Positions 38,738-47,911 of a stretch of DNA of 64,000 bases are shown here, piece after piece. The notes beneath the pieces are model-generated. The model made no database searches. It saw only the letters and a program-made list of their open reading frames with translations, and was not told the origin of the DNA. Each line of letters begins with the position of its first letter. Position 1 is the first letter of the stretch. Origin of the DNA: a virus; IMG/VR virus record IMGVR_UViG_3300043411_000704, positions 16,257-80,256 of that record. The stretch is one strand, 5' to 3'. The position numbers were made by a program, and so were the translations under genes.

Positions 38738-38931
38738 AAACCGAAACTGTAGAACAGAGCTTAGACCATGCTATATGGGATGCAAAATGTGATTTTGAGG
38801 AATCAATGATGTTGCGACGAGTTTATAAAAAACTTGGTAATACCACAATATCTGACTTTTGCGAAAAAGGTGCAAGAAAATACTTACAAAGAATTAGAAA
38901 TTTTAAAAAACTAAAACAATTAATAAAATGA
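38734..38931 (+). CDS. Hypothetical protein
   Basis: ATGA overlaps at both ends. Confidence 0.65.
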   Translation: MKTETVEQSLDHAIWDAKCDFEESMMLRRVYKKLGNTTISDFCEKGARKYLQRIRNFKKLKQLIK

Positions 38932-39284
38932 ATAAATTCAAATGTGTAAATTGTGGATATATTGGTGAAACAGATAATAATTTCTTTATCTTATGTCCTA
39001 AATGTCTTGTCGTGACAGAAAAACAAGAGGCGGAGTTATCAACTATGAATAATGGTGTGACAGGGCTAGTATATAAGTGTCCTGACTATGATCAACATCA
39101 ATTGAATGATGAAGAAAAATCGTTGATAGATAATGGTCGAAAAATTGATGCAATCAAATTACTACGAAATAGGTATTATAATGAAGGGCGTTCGTTGGGA
39201 TTGGCCGAGGCTAAAGCCGTGTGTGATGCATATGATGGTCCATCACTAAGTTACTCAACTAAATTCGGAGGTTTAAGCGGTTAG
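38928..39284 (+). CDS. Zinc-ribbon protein with ribosomal L7/L12 C-terminal-like domain
   Basis: CVNC...CPKC followed by GRKIDAIKLLR...LGLAEAKAVCD. Confidence 0.65.
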   Translation: MNKFKCVNCGYIGETDNNFFILCPKCLVVTEKQEAELSTMNNGVTGLVYKCPDYDQHQLNDEEKSLIDNGRKIDAIKLLRNRYYNEGRSLGLAEAKAVCDAYDGPSLSYSTKFGGLSG

Positions 39285-39285
39285 T

Positions 39286-39525
39286 ATGGAATGGACCCAA
39301 GAAGAAATATTGGATTGGTTGTCTAAAAAAGATCGACTGATACGCATTGGATGGGGTGTGCATCATTTTAATGGATCTGGTGATATTCTATATAATGTGG
39401 AACATACGGGTAATGTATATGAAATATGGTGTGTATATACGCCATGGGAAACTCCTTCAGAATTTTGGCTTACACCTAAGTTAAAAAGTATTGGAATTCA
39501 ACTGGAACTAAATTTTAATGTCTAA
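39286..39525 (+). CDS. Hypothetical protein
   Basis: ORF in the operon. Confidence 0.65.
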   Translation: MEWTQEEILDWLSKKDRLIRIGWGVHHFNGSGDILYNVEHTGNVYEIWCVYTPWETPSEFWLTPKLKSIGIQLELNFNV

Positions 39526-39999
39526 AATAGACCTAGATTTTGTAAGCACTGGTTCTCACATGAACACCTAATAGTTTAATGCAAAGAATGCTCTCAGTAA
39601 AATATCAAAAAGTAAAATAATTTATGTTCAAAATGTTTGACAACCTGTTCTATTCTGTATTAGAAAAAACTAAACATTCACAAAAGGATCGGATACCATC
39701 GGCGAGGCTCCCCTCTACGCTAATACAACACCAATGCAAAAATTGTGGTGCAAGTCTAAATGATTTGAATACCAGTATAATTGTTTGCGAATATTGTAAA
39801 TCTAGGTATGAAAATAATAAGATTACTGATAAATTTTACAGTGCTCATGTAGGAACAGATGCAGGAAGGTTATCAGGATTATGTCAAAAAGATTTAAGCG
39901 CAACAGAATTTGCACTAAGCGGGAATTACTATGATCCTAAACAAATGTTAGAAAATTACTGGTTCCCAAAAAATAATGAGTAAAATAGACCTAGATTTT
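39523..39999 (+). repeat. 19-nt direct repeat of the helicase 5' end (39523-39541 and 39981-39999)
   Basis: taaaatagacctagatttt occurs twice; both copies encode MSKIDLDF. Confidence 0.85.
39624..39983 (+). CDS. Zinc-ribbon hypothetical protein
   Basis: CKNCGASL...CEYCKS motif. Confidence 0.7.
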   Translation: MFKMFDNLFYSVLEKTKHSQKDRIPSARLPSTLIQHQCKNCGASLNDLNTSIIVCEYCKSRYENNKITDKFYSAHVGTDAGRLSGLCQKDLSATEFALSGNYYDPKQMLENYWFPKNNE

Positions 40000-41331
40000 T
40001 TCGAAAAAATTCTATTTCAACAAATCTTAAAGAAGGATAATACGTTCCTTGCTGCATGTGTTGATCATCTGGATAAAGAGTTGTTTAAAAATAAAGATAT
40101 TGGTGTAATAGTCGGTATCATCAAAGATTTTTATTTGGAACGCGATGCGATTCCTACGCATACGGAATTAAAAGTTCGGATCAATGAGTCCAAGGTGAGA
40201 GACCACTTAGAAAAAGCGGTTAAAGAAATACGAGACCTTGATAAGGAATATGATGAAGATGAATTGATTGCTAATACCGAATACTTTCTAAAACAACGTA
40301 AAACCGAATTAGTTTTAACCAAGGCAGTTGAAGAAAAGGTTGCAAACAAAGCGGTTGATCTAGATGAATATCAGAAAGAAAATGAGAAAATTAGTAATAT
40401 CTGTCTGATAGACAACCTGGGGTTGGACTACTTCGGAGACAATCATCGTGTGGTTTCATATCTGGAAGAAGTTGACACTTTGATTTCTACAGGTTTTAAG
40501 GGATTAGACAATGCAATTGGTGGTGGATTGATGGCTGAAGGCAGGGCACTATATTGTATTTCAGGTGAAACAAATGCCGGTAAAAGTGTCGTGTTAGCTA
40601 ATATTGCGGTAAACCTATTACTACAAAATAAAAATGTAGTGCTGTATACGCTTGAAATGAGTGAGAAAAGGTATGCTAAGCGTATTTCTGGCATATTGAC
40701 TGGTATTGCCATAGCATCACTAAAAGATAATATCAATTCCTACAAAGAATATATACGTGATTTTGTAGAAAAATATAGATCGAAGTTAATAATTAAAGAG
40801 TTTCCGACCAAAAGCATAACCGCAAAAAACATTTATGCTTATACAATGAAGTTGATGAGGCACAAAAAATGTAGATTTGATGTAATGCTATTTGATTATC
40901 ATACATTGCTTAAACCAAGCCTTAAACAACCTAGCAAACACGACGAATTACAATTTATTACACAAGAATGTCGGGGTCTCACATATACCCTTGAATGTCC
41001 GGGTATAACAGTTGCTCAGCTTAATAGAGGATCACATAAACAGCAAAAACCTGGATTAGACAATGCTGCCGGTTCATGGAACCAGATTTCGGATTTTGAT
41101 GCATGGGTTACGTTAGCCCAAACAGACGAAGATAGAGAAGCAAATATTTTACGATTCTATGGTGACAAATGTCGCGACGGAATGAAAGGAAATACTGGAA
41201 TATTCAATGTTGATTATAATACTTTAAGATTGACTGATCCAGACAATATGATTGTTGAATCCATACACACTATAAATGAAATAGACAGTGATACAATTTC
41301 CGAAATTGATTTACTGGATTACACGGACTGA
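39976..41331 (+). CDS. 41: Replicative DnaB-like helicase, T4 gp41-like
   Basis: STGFKGLD, GETNAGKS, YTLEMSE, IKEFPT, FDY and AQLNR motifs. Confidence 0.93.
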   Translation: MSKIDLDFFEKILFQQILKKDNTFLAACVDHLDKELFKNKDIGVIVGIIKDFYLERDAIPTHTELKVRINESKVRDHLEKAVKEIRDLDKEYDEDELIANTEYFLKQRKTELVLTKAVEEKVANKAVDLDEYQKENEKISNICLIDNLGLDYFGDNHRVVSYLEEVDTLISTGFKGLDNAIGGGLMAEGRALYCISGETNAGKSVVLANIAVNLLLQNKNVVLYTLEMSEKRYAKRISGILTGIAIASLKDNINSYKEYIRDFVEKYRSKLIIKEFPTKSITAKNIYAYTMKLMRHKKCRFDVMLFDYHTLLKPSLKQPSKHDELQFITQECRGLTYTLECPGITVAQLNRGSHKQQKPGLDNAAGSWNQISDFDAWVTLAQTDEDREANILRFYGDKCRDGMKGNTGIFNVDYNTLRLTDPDNMIVESIHTINEIDSDTISEIDLLDYTD

Positions 41332-41636
41332 ACAATTTAGATTCAAATATTGAACTTGGGACGAATAAACAGAATCAATTAGATATTCCAAGAGAAAAAA
41401 GAATGGAACTTTCGATGAAAATGCGAAATCGTAAACGTTCTCCACAAGAAGAAGAAAATTATAGAAAAGCTGTTAGAGAAAAATTATGCAAATATAAAGA
41501 AGAACATGTATACGAAATGCGTCGATTATATGCAGAAGGGCTATGTTATGAACATATATCAAGAAAAATGGGAATTCCTGGTGGGATAATACGAAATATA
41601 ATTTTGCGTAAAACATACAATCACATTCCACTATAA
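41328..41636 (+). pseudogene. Truncated HNH homing endonuclease remnant (C-terminal HTH retained)
   Basis: The frame upstream of ATG 41403 reads LNNLDSNIELGTNKQN, the second half of an HNH motif; C-terminus KYKEEHVYEMRRLYAEG...IRNIILRKTYNH. Confidence 0.65.
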
Positions 41637-41678
41637 AATTCTAATTGAATTGAGAACATCACATCGTAAATATTTCGA

Positions 41679-41972
41679 ATGATAGTCATCAATGATTCAT
41701 ATACTCATCCATCCGCAGCAGAAATCATAAACCAAGAAGAACTTGAAAAGACGGTCAATACATTTGGAAGTTTTTTTACTATGGTAACTAACAAACCAAT
41801 TTCATGTGTGACTTTTTTTCTTCTACTGAACCAAAATCCTGAAATTAGATCTTGCATAGAACGCATTGCTGATGTATCATGGTATGAACTGGTTAATTAT
41901 CTGGCAAAACGCTATCCAGTTTTAAATAAATCCAAAAAAATCAAATACGAGCATGATTTATCAGAATTTTAA
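41679..41972 (+). CDS. Hypothetical protein
   Basis: TAAATA 6 nt upstream of the ATG. Confidence 0.75.
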   Translation: MIVINDSYTHPSAAEIINQEELEKTVNTFGSFFTMVTNKPISCVTFFLLLNQNPEIRSCIERIADVSWYELVNYLAKRYPVLNKSKKIKYEHDLSEF

Positions 41973-42399
41973 CTTTGACCAGTGGTTGGCTGAATACTAC
42001 CTAACATATTTGTTCTTTTCACATAAAGAACCTGATGTTGATCTGATGGAATCCGAGTTTTCTAATTTAGAGGAGATGAGAGAACTGTTCTATGCACAAC
42101 ATCACAATGAAAATGATGATATATGGTGTGGGTGTTGTCAATATCTAAATATTTTGACAGGGTTTAATGAACTATGTGCTGTCATATCCCAAAAAGAATG
42201 GAAGACAGAGGATGTGGTTGCCCATTTTTTGAAAAAACGATATCCTTCACATAAAAGAAGTAAAAGCATTGCACATGCACTTACAAAAGGTATCAAATCT
42301 TATATTTCAGTTGATGAAAACGGAAACGAGTTCGAATTTCAAAAGTATATGGTGAAAAATATTGAAAAGTTTTTAACAGAATTGGGAGTAAAACAATGA
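41953..42399 (+). CDS. Hypothetical protein
   Basis: ORF in the operon. Confidence 0.7.
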   Translation: MIYQNFNFDQWLAEYYLTYLFFSHKEPDVDLMESEFSNLEEMRELFYAQHHNENDDIWCGCCQYLNILTGFNELCAVISQKEWKTEDVVAHFLKKRYPSHKRSKSIAHALTKGIKSYISVDENGNEFEFQKYMVKNIEKFLTELGVKQ

Positions 42400-42590
42400 A
42401 ATTTATATACAAATGGATATCAGGACTAGAGTGGTTCACTACTGGAACAATATTAATTAGATGTGGGAACCATATAGCAAAAATGGATCAATATCCTGAT
42501 CTAATGCACCACGCATCAAATCTAACCCAGGCAACAACACATGCAATTTGTGCATATCTATTGTGGTATGCAAGTGATAGAATAAAGTGA
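42396..42590 (+). CDS. Hypothetical protein
   Basis: Overlaps both neighbours. Confidence 0.55.
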   Translation: MKFIYKWISGLEWFTTGTILIRCGNHIAKMDQYPDLMHHASNLTQATTHAICAYLLWYASDRIK

Positions 42591-43246
42591 TAACCGAAAC
42601 ACAACAACAGATATATAATTTTTATCTTCGTTCTCTAGCAGAAGGATCGGCTCGACCTTATAAAGTTCGAAAAAATTTCGATAATATCAAACCCGAATAT
42701 GTGGTAGAATTAGAAAAATTAGAAACATTTTTCAACAAATACCCACATTTATTACGATACGAATTTTTTGTTGCGCCCTACAAGTTATACACTGATGACA
42801 AGAAATTTTATTCTCTAAAATTTTATTCTAGTTATAAAGGTATGTCAACGTGTATTGCATACTTCAAATCATTAAAAGAATCCGCACCAGATGAGCAACT
42901 GGACTATCTCAAAGAATCACTTAAATTTATAACCAATTTTTGTGTTGAGAAACAGATTGAACTGGATGCATATCCTTCTTACCGATCCATAGCACAATAT
43001 GATTTTATTATACATTTGAAACAACATAAAGTATCTTTCTATGCCATATTTGCACTTCCTAATACATATTATTGTTTGCTTAATTTACCTATTGATGAGT
43101 TTCAGTTGTATTTTGGCACTGATGTCAATCTGGATGATATGCACAATCGTTATCATTCTAGTAGAGAAGCTAAAAAGTGGTTGGAAGAGAATGTGCAGAA
43201 AATTCGCAAATACATCACAAATAAGTTGAAATCAAAATCTGAATAG
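42587..43246 (+). CDS. Hypothetical protein; size and position near gp32 compatible with a gp59-like helicase loader
   Basis: 219-aa helical, Tyr/Phe/Lys-rich protein. The function is inferred from position only. Confidence 0.55.
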   Translation: MITETQQQIYNFYLRSLAEGSARPYKVRKNFDNIKPEYVVELEKLETFFNKYPHLLRYEFFVAPYKLYTDDKKFYSLKFYSSYKGMSTCIAYFKSLKESAPDEQLDYLKESLKFITNFCVEKQIELDAYPSYRSIAQYDFIIHLKQHKVSFYAIFALPNTYYCLLNLPIDEFQLYFGTDVNLDDMHNRYHSSREAKKWLEENVQKIRKYITNKLKSKSE

Positions 43247-43260
43247 ACGAATATGAACAT

Positions 43261-43655
43261 ATGCATAGAGAATTAAAATTTAGAGTTTGGTCTAAAAAAT
43301 TGAATAGGTATGTAATGGAAGATTGTGATCTGTGTAATTGGGACCATGAAATCGGTGATGCTCCTATTAATTCATATGGACCTGGATTATATGACGAATG
43401 TATTATTGAGCAATATACGGGTCTGAAGGATAGAAATGGGATAGAAATGGGAAAGAAATCTATGAAGGTGACATTCTTGAATATTCATGGTCATGTCCTA
43501 TAATGACTTCAAACTCTGGAAAAGTAATTGGAGAAACCGTCTATATTGACGGACGATATTGTATCAATCAATCATATGTATTAGGGAATTATACAGATTC
43601 TACGTTTGAAGTGATTGGAAATGTCCATGAAAATCCTGAACTACTAATTAAATGA
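43261..43655 (+). pseudogene. YopX family gene disrupted by an 11-nt tandem duplication
   Basis: ggatagaaatg occurs twice at 43428-43449; removing one copy restores QYTGLKDRNGKEIYEGDIL...EVIGNVHENPELL. Confidence 0.85.
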
Positions 43656-43843
43656 CGCACAAACTTAAAGAACAGATTAGACGTTGGTTGCACTGTAGCG
43701 GTAATTATGCACGTCCAAATCATTCGGACAGTATTATGACTTATAATCATATTTGTAATCATAATGATGGTCATATGTGTCAATGTAGAGTTGAAAAATT
43801 GATTGAATCAATAGAAGAATTTGAGAATTCCTCAGATAAATAG
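43652..43843 (+). CDS. Hypothetical protein
   Basis: ATGA overlap with the YopX stop; Cys/His-rich. Confidence 0.55.
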   Translation: MTHKLKEQIRRWLHCSGNYARPNHSDSIMTYNHICNHNDGHMCQCRVEKLIESIEEFENSSDK

Positions 43844-43911
43844 AATTTTGATATCAAATGAGTAGTTTGATATCATTTAAAAACAAACAAACAAACAAAA
43901 ATAAAAAATAT

Positions 43912-44835
43912 ATGTTAAACCTAGATGATATCCTGAATAAAGTAAAAGAAGATAGAGAAAAAGATGTGGTAATGGCAACCTCATCGAATTATAAAGCACC
44001 CGAAGAATTGTTTAAACCAAAAGCAGGAAATACATATTATTTCCGATTTCTACCAGAACATCCAGAAACCGTGAAGGATTGGCGAGCACGTCGTTCTTAT
44101 GCAGAACACAGTTTCAATTCAAGAACTACCGGGCAATTCATTTTTCTTGGTCGGTCATTGACAGATTCACTGTCTGATCAGACGGTTAAAAATGACCCAG
44201 TTAAAATTGCTCAGATTGAGACGTATACAAAAGCTAAGAAGGAAAAGGATCAGGAATTGCACGATGTGGCAAAAAACCTGTTTCCTCGTCGTAAAGAACT
44301 TATGAATATCTATGTTCACAAGGTTGATGGTCCAGACCAAGAAGTTGTTGGAAAGGTATTGGTTTGGAAGTATAATGCGACTCTTGGAAAAGAGGGTGAA
44401 CCCAAGGGCGATATTTATCCTATCATTGTCGAGGCCCTGACCGGTAGTAAACAAAAGAACATTGGTTCTAAGGCATTTGACTTGTCTGAAAACGGTCGTT
44501 CATTTGCACTCAAGGTGTCGGTTGCAAAGCTCCCTAATGGGACAGAAATCCCTAATTTTAAGGGTTCTGCATTTGAAGATGCTGAAGATATTGGATTGAA
44601 TAAGAAACAGATTGATGCGATTCAAAAACAATCATATGATTTGTCCAAATACATTCCAGAAGTCAAACCAACGGATGAAGTTAAGAAACTACTTGACGAA
44701 CATTGGTTTGGTCTGGTTGCAAGTCCAGAAGATGAAATTGAGCCACAGAATGTTAAGTCTGATTTGAAAGATGATGACGATGAGATTCCAATGGGTGACG
44801 ATGATGCAGACCTAGATGCATTGTTAAATCAATAA
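43912..44835 (+). CDS. 32: Single-stranded DNA-binding protein, T4 gp32-like
   Basis: YFRFLP, HSF, NIYV, GKVLVWKY, AFDLSENGRSFALKV, PNFKGSAF and an acidic tail (DDDADLDALL). Confidence 0.88.
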   Translation: MLNLDDILNKVKEDREKDVVMATSSNYKAPEELFKPKAGNTYYFRFLPEHPETVKDWRARRSYAEHSFNSRTTGQFIFLGRSLTDSLSDQTVKNDPVKIAQIETYTKAKKEKDQELHDVAKNLFPRRKELMNIYVHKVDGPDQEVVGKVLVWKYNATLGKEGEPKGDIYPIIVEALTGSKQKNIGSKAFDLSENGRSFALKVSVAKLPNGTEIPNFKGSAFEDAEDIGLNKKQIDAIQKQSYDLSKYIPEVKPTDEVKKLLDEHWFGLVASPEDEIEPQNVKSDLKDDDDEIPMGDDDADLDALLNQ

Positions 44836-44873
44836 AAATTGAAACTCCTGTGTTAGCCGCTAAATAAAAAACA

Positions 44874-45491
44874 ATGAATCCTGATGAATTTGAAGATTTG
44901 AAATTAGCGGCTAACATGGCCAACAATGCCAAGGGTTATTTCCGTGAAAGATTTGCTGGAAATGACCCTAGATATCTTGCCAATATTTTACCTGATCCTA
45001 AAATACAGGTGGACCCTAGAAAAATCATTGCACGAGATTGGAGGCAGTCGGTTGAACAAGTTCAACAACTACCTCAGTTTCAACCACAAGCACCCCAACA
45101 GGTCATTCCATACGGAATGAACATACCAGATCCTAATCAAATTGGATCAAAACCGTTGATTCAACGGATTCCCAAGGGAATGGACGAACATGGGAATACT
45201 ATTTACGAAGAAGTTAGCCCGACCCAAATTTTAGGTATTCCTAATCAACAACCGGTTTATCAACAACCACCAAATTTTCAATCTACGGGTTTTCAACTTC
45301 CACAATTTGGAACACCAAAACAAGTGGAAACTAAACCTACTATGGATATTGAAGAAAAATTTGACTGGCTGGTAAAAGAGATCAAATCACTTAGATCTTC
45401 GATAAATAAGTTGACACGGCAGTTATCACCTGTTAAATTAAAGGACAAACCATCAACATCAGACTCTCTTGAGACTACAGATCAATCCTAA
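44874..45491 (+). CDS. Hypothetical Gln/Pro-rich protein
   Basis: TAAATA 7 nt upstream; C-terminal coiled coil. Confidence 0.75.
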   Translation: MNPDEFEDLKLAANMANNAKGYFRERFAGNDPRYLANILPDPKIQVDPRKIIARDWRQSVEQVQQLPQFQPQAPQQVIPYGMNIPDPNQIGSKPLIQRIPKGMDEHGNTIYEEVSPTQILGIPNQQPVYQQPPNFQSTGFQLPQFGTPKQVETKPTMDIEEKFDWLVKEIKSLRSSINKLTRQLSPVKLKDKPSTSDSLETTDQS

Positions 45492-46191
45492 AACATTCCA
45501 AACAGACTTTATTAAACCTTTTCTGGAGGTTAATAAAAACGGAAGGTGTGCTATTCAAACCGAAGATGATTATGTCTTTTCTAATCAACGGACAGAAGAT
45601 GGCCAGACTGGTATTCATGTTCGGTATCAAACAAAGTTTCTTGAGCCGTTACCAAGATTTAATATTGACCTAACTCAATTAGAAGCGGCTCTTAAATGTG
45701 TGGCAGATAAAGAACTAGTTGAATTAGAAATAACTAAACAATCTATTTCATATGCAGATGAAAAGATTAAGTTCAAGATCAGAACTATAGAAGATGTGAT
45801 GGTTCCGTTGTTCAAGTTTGATCATAAAAAACATGCGGATATTCCAGGGTTTTTAGTTTTTGATTTGCCCCCAAAAATAACGATTGACATTAAAAAAGCA
45901 ATGGACTTTGCATCAACCAGTTTAAAGTTCTATCTTTATTCGGATGATAAAAAATTGTTTATCCACTTTGGCGATAAAAAACAAAAACATTTGAATAATG
46001 TGGACATCCTTATTAAAGATAATTTGGACAAAGATGTGGAAGAACGAATCTATAATGTGGCGTTCATGCGATTGATTTTATCACAGAAAAATCTGATGTC
46101 TCTAAAATTAGAAGAATCAGGTGTATTACAAGCATCATCCGTAGACGGCCCTAATAAGGTAATTTACCGAACAGCAAAACTAAAAGACTAA
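45469..46191 (+). CDS. Probable sliding clamp (gp45/PCNA-like)
   Basis: 240 aa with alternating alpha/beta pattern in the replication module; no diagnostic motif. Confidence 0.5.
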   Translation: MRLQINPKTFQTDFIKPFLEVNKNGRCAIQTEDDYVFSNQRTEDGQTGIHVRYQTKFLEPLPRFNIDLTQLEAALKCVADKELVELEITKQSISYADEKIKFKIRTIEDVMVPLFKFDHKKHADIPGFLVFDLPPKITIDIKKAMDFASTSLKFYLYSDDKKLFIHFGDKKQKHLNNVDILIKDNLDKDVEERIYNVAFMRLILSQKNLMSLKLEESGVLQASSVDGPNKVIYRTAKLKD

Positions 46192-46490
46192 TGAGAATAT
46201 ATAATAATACCTTATCAATTGAAGATTTTAAGAAAAATCTTTCTAATGTGGATGTAAAAGTAGTAGAATCAGGGTTCTACTATAACCGAGCCGACAGCCG
46301 ATGCTGGACACTCAGGTTGAATCCTGACACCGACAATATTTGGGTCACGTATCATGTGAATAAAGAATATCTGGGAGATCAATCAGTAGATATTCTATCA
46401 TCTGAAAAAACAATGATCGGGATTGAACCTGAATATGTTTATGACATTATTGACGAGATTATTACAAATACTGACACACAAGAAGACTAA
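46191..46490 (+). CDS. Hypothetical protein (distant paralog of 46493-46876)
   Basis: YNRADSRCWTLRLNP compared with YSKEDKRSFSIMVDK in the neighbour. Confidence 0.7.
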   Translation: MRIYNNTLSIEDFKKNLSNVDVKVVESGFYYNRADSRCWTLRLNPDTDNIWVTYHVNKEYLGDQSVDILSSEKTMIGIEPEYVYDIIDEIITNTDTQED

Positions 46491-46492
46491 TT

Positions 46493-46876
46493 ATGGAAAA
46501 AACTAATAAAATTACTACAAAGTCATATTTCATTCATCGCATGAAGGATGCGGGGTATAATGTGGATAAACTGGAGAATGTGAAATATTCGAAAGAAGAT
46601 AAACGATCATTTTCTATTATGGTGGATAAAGGTGGAATGGCAATTTTGATCACAGTTTATAAAGATGAGATTGTAAATGGTAATAGACGTAATGGTAAAA
46701 TTCAATTCTACGATGGTGGTCATAATTATAATTCACATCTGCCGCTTAGAACCGACTCAATGGAGGTCATTTGGGAAACCATGCACTATGCAGGTTCCAC
46801 CAATAAACATTGGGAATATAATGCTAGAAAACCAATTTATAATACTGACGGAACTTACATTCAATTCGATAAATAA
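46493..46876 (+). CDS. Hypothetical protein
   Basis: NKITTKSYFIHRMKDAGY; LRTDSMEVI. Confidence 0.75.
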   Translation: MEKTNKITTKSYFIHRMKDAGYNVDKLENVKYSKEDKRSFSIMVDKGGMAILITVYKDEIVNGNRRNGKIQFYDGGHNYNSHLPLRTDSMEVIWETMHYAGSTNKHWEYNARKPIYNTDGTYIQFDK

Positions 46877-47218
46877 ATGATCATGGGAACAAAACGGAAA
46901 GATGCGATCTCCAAAAAAGAGATGAATCATATTGATGCTGAATTAGAAAAAGTTGGTAGCATCACTGTTCCTCGTCAAAAGGGAAAGGCTCTTAAACAAG
47001 AGGATAAGAATAAAAGGCTTTTGGCCGCAAAACAAATACTATCCGAATATATTGGTGCCTTTATTCTGATTGGTTATGATTTGGAAGAAGACCCTGTGGT
47101 TATGCTCAATGCTGAAACTGTTTATCAACAAAAAGCCGTATTGGGTTTAATGGCTGATGTGGCAGATGATATTCTTGGTGATGGTCCTAGTATGATAAAT
47201 GGTAGCGGATTCGACTAA
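46877..47218 (+). CDS. Hypothetical protein
   Basis: LSEYIGAFILIGYD. Confidence 0.75.
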   Translation: MIMGTKRKDAISKKEMNHIDAELEKVGSITVPRQKGKALKQEDKNKRLLAAKQILSEYIGAFILIGYDLEEDPVVMLNAETVYQQKAVLGLMADVADDILGDGPSMINGSGFD

Positions 47219-47227
47219 ATAGTTTTG

Positions 47228-47911
47228 ATGGTCCTACCATTAGAAACTTGTAAAAAAATCTGGAGCATCGTCAACTGCATTGAGACTGGAACATCATTTT
47301 TTGATTATTCACAGATAACTATTTTACCTGATGGGCCAAATAAAATCCGACAATTGACCCTCAGTGTGGGCTTTACGCAGTCGTCTACTAATTTAGAAAA
47401 AGTAATAAGATTATATCTTGATAAGAAAGGCAAGTATTCTAATAGATTTGCCCCATATTTAAAACGTATTTCCACTGATTTTAGTTTGGTTAATGATAAA
47501 AATTTTATTGATGCACTAGTCACATCATCAAAAAATGATCAGCTAATGCGTGATGCACAGGACGAAATATTTGATCAAGTGTATTTTGGTCCGGCACTAA
47601 AGTGGTGTGAAAAAGAAGGTATTAAAACTCCTTTGGGTATATTAGTGGTTTATGATTCGCTGCTCCACTCGGGACAGATATTCACATTTCTCCGTAATAA
47701 ATTTTCAGAAAGAACGCCTACACATGGCGGTGATGAAAAAAAATGGATTACATCCTATGTGAATGTGCGCAATAATTGGTTGTCAAATCATTCAAACAAG
47801 GCAGTTAGAAATTCTGCATATAGAACACGAACATACATCAAATTGATAGAAGCCAATAACTGGGATTTGAAAGGTCCGATTGAAACTCTAAACGGATGCA
47901 ATGTTGTCTAA
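47228..47911 (+). CDS. GH46 chitosanase-like lysozyme-fold enzyme, probable endolysin
   Basis: IVNCIETG (catalytic E), DG...LTLSVGFT, MRDAQDEIFDQVYFGPA, VVYDSLLHSG and EKKWITSY; late promoter 6 nt before the ATG. Confidence 0.82.
   Translation: MVLPLETCKKIWSIVNCIETGTSFFDYSQITILPDGPNKIRQLTLSVGFTQSSTNLEKVIRLYLDKKGKYSNRFAPYLKRISTDFSLVNDKNFIDALVTSSKNDQLMRDAQDEIFDQVYFGPALKWCEKEGIKTPLGILVVYDSLLHSGQIFTFLRNKFSERTPTHGGDEKKWITSYVNVRNNWLSNHSNKAVRNSAYRTRTYIKLIEANNWDLKGPIETLNGCNVV

Noticed and set aside
43858-43911. Longer gp32 N-terminus (MSSLISFKNKQTNKNKKY)
   Set aside because: The ATG is buried in a hairpin and the extension is just the translated A/C tract; 43912 is preferred.
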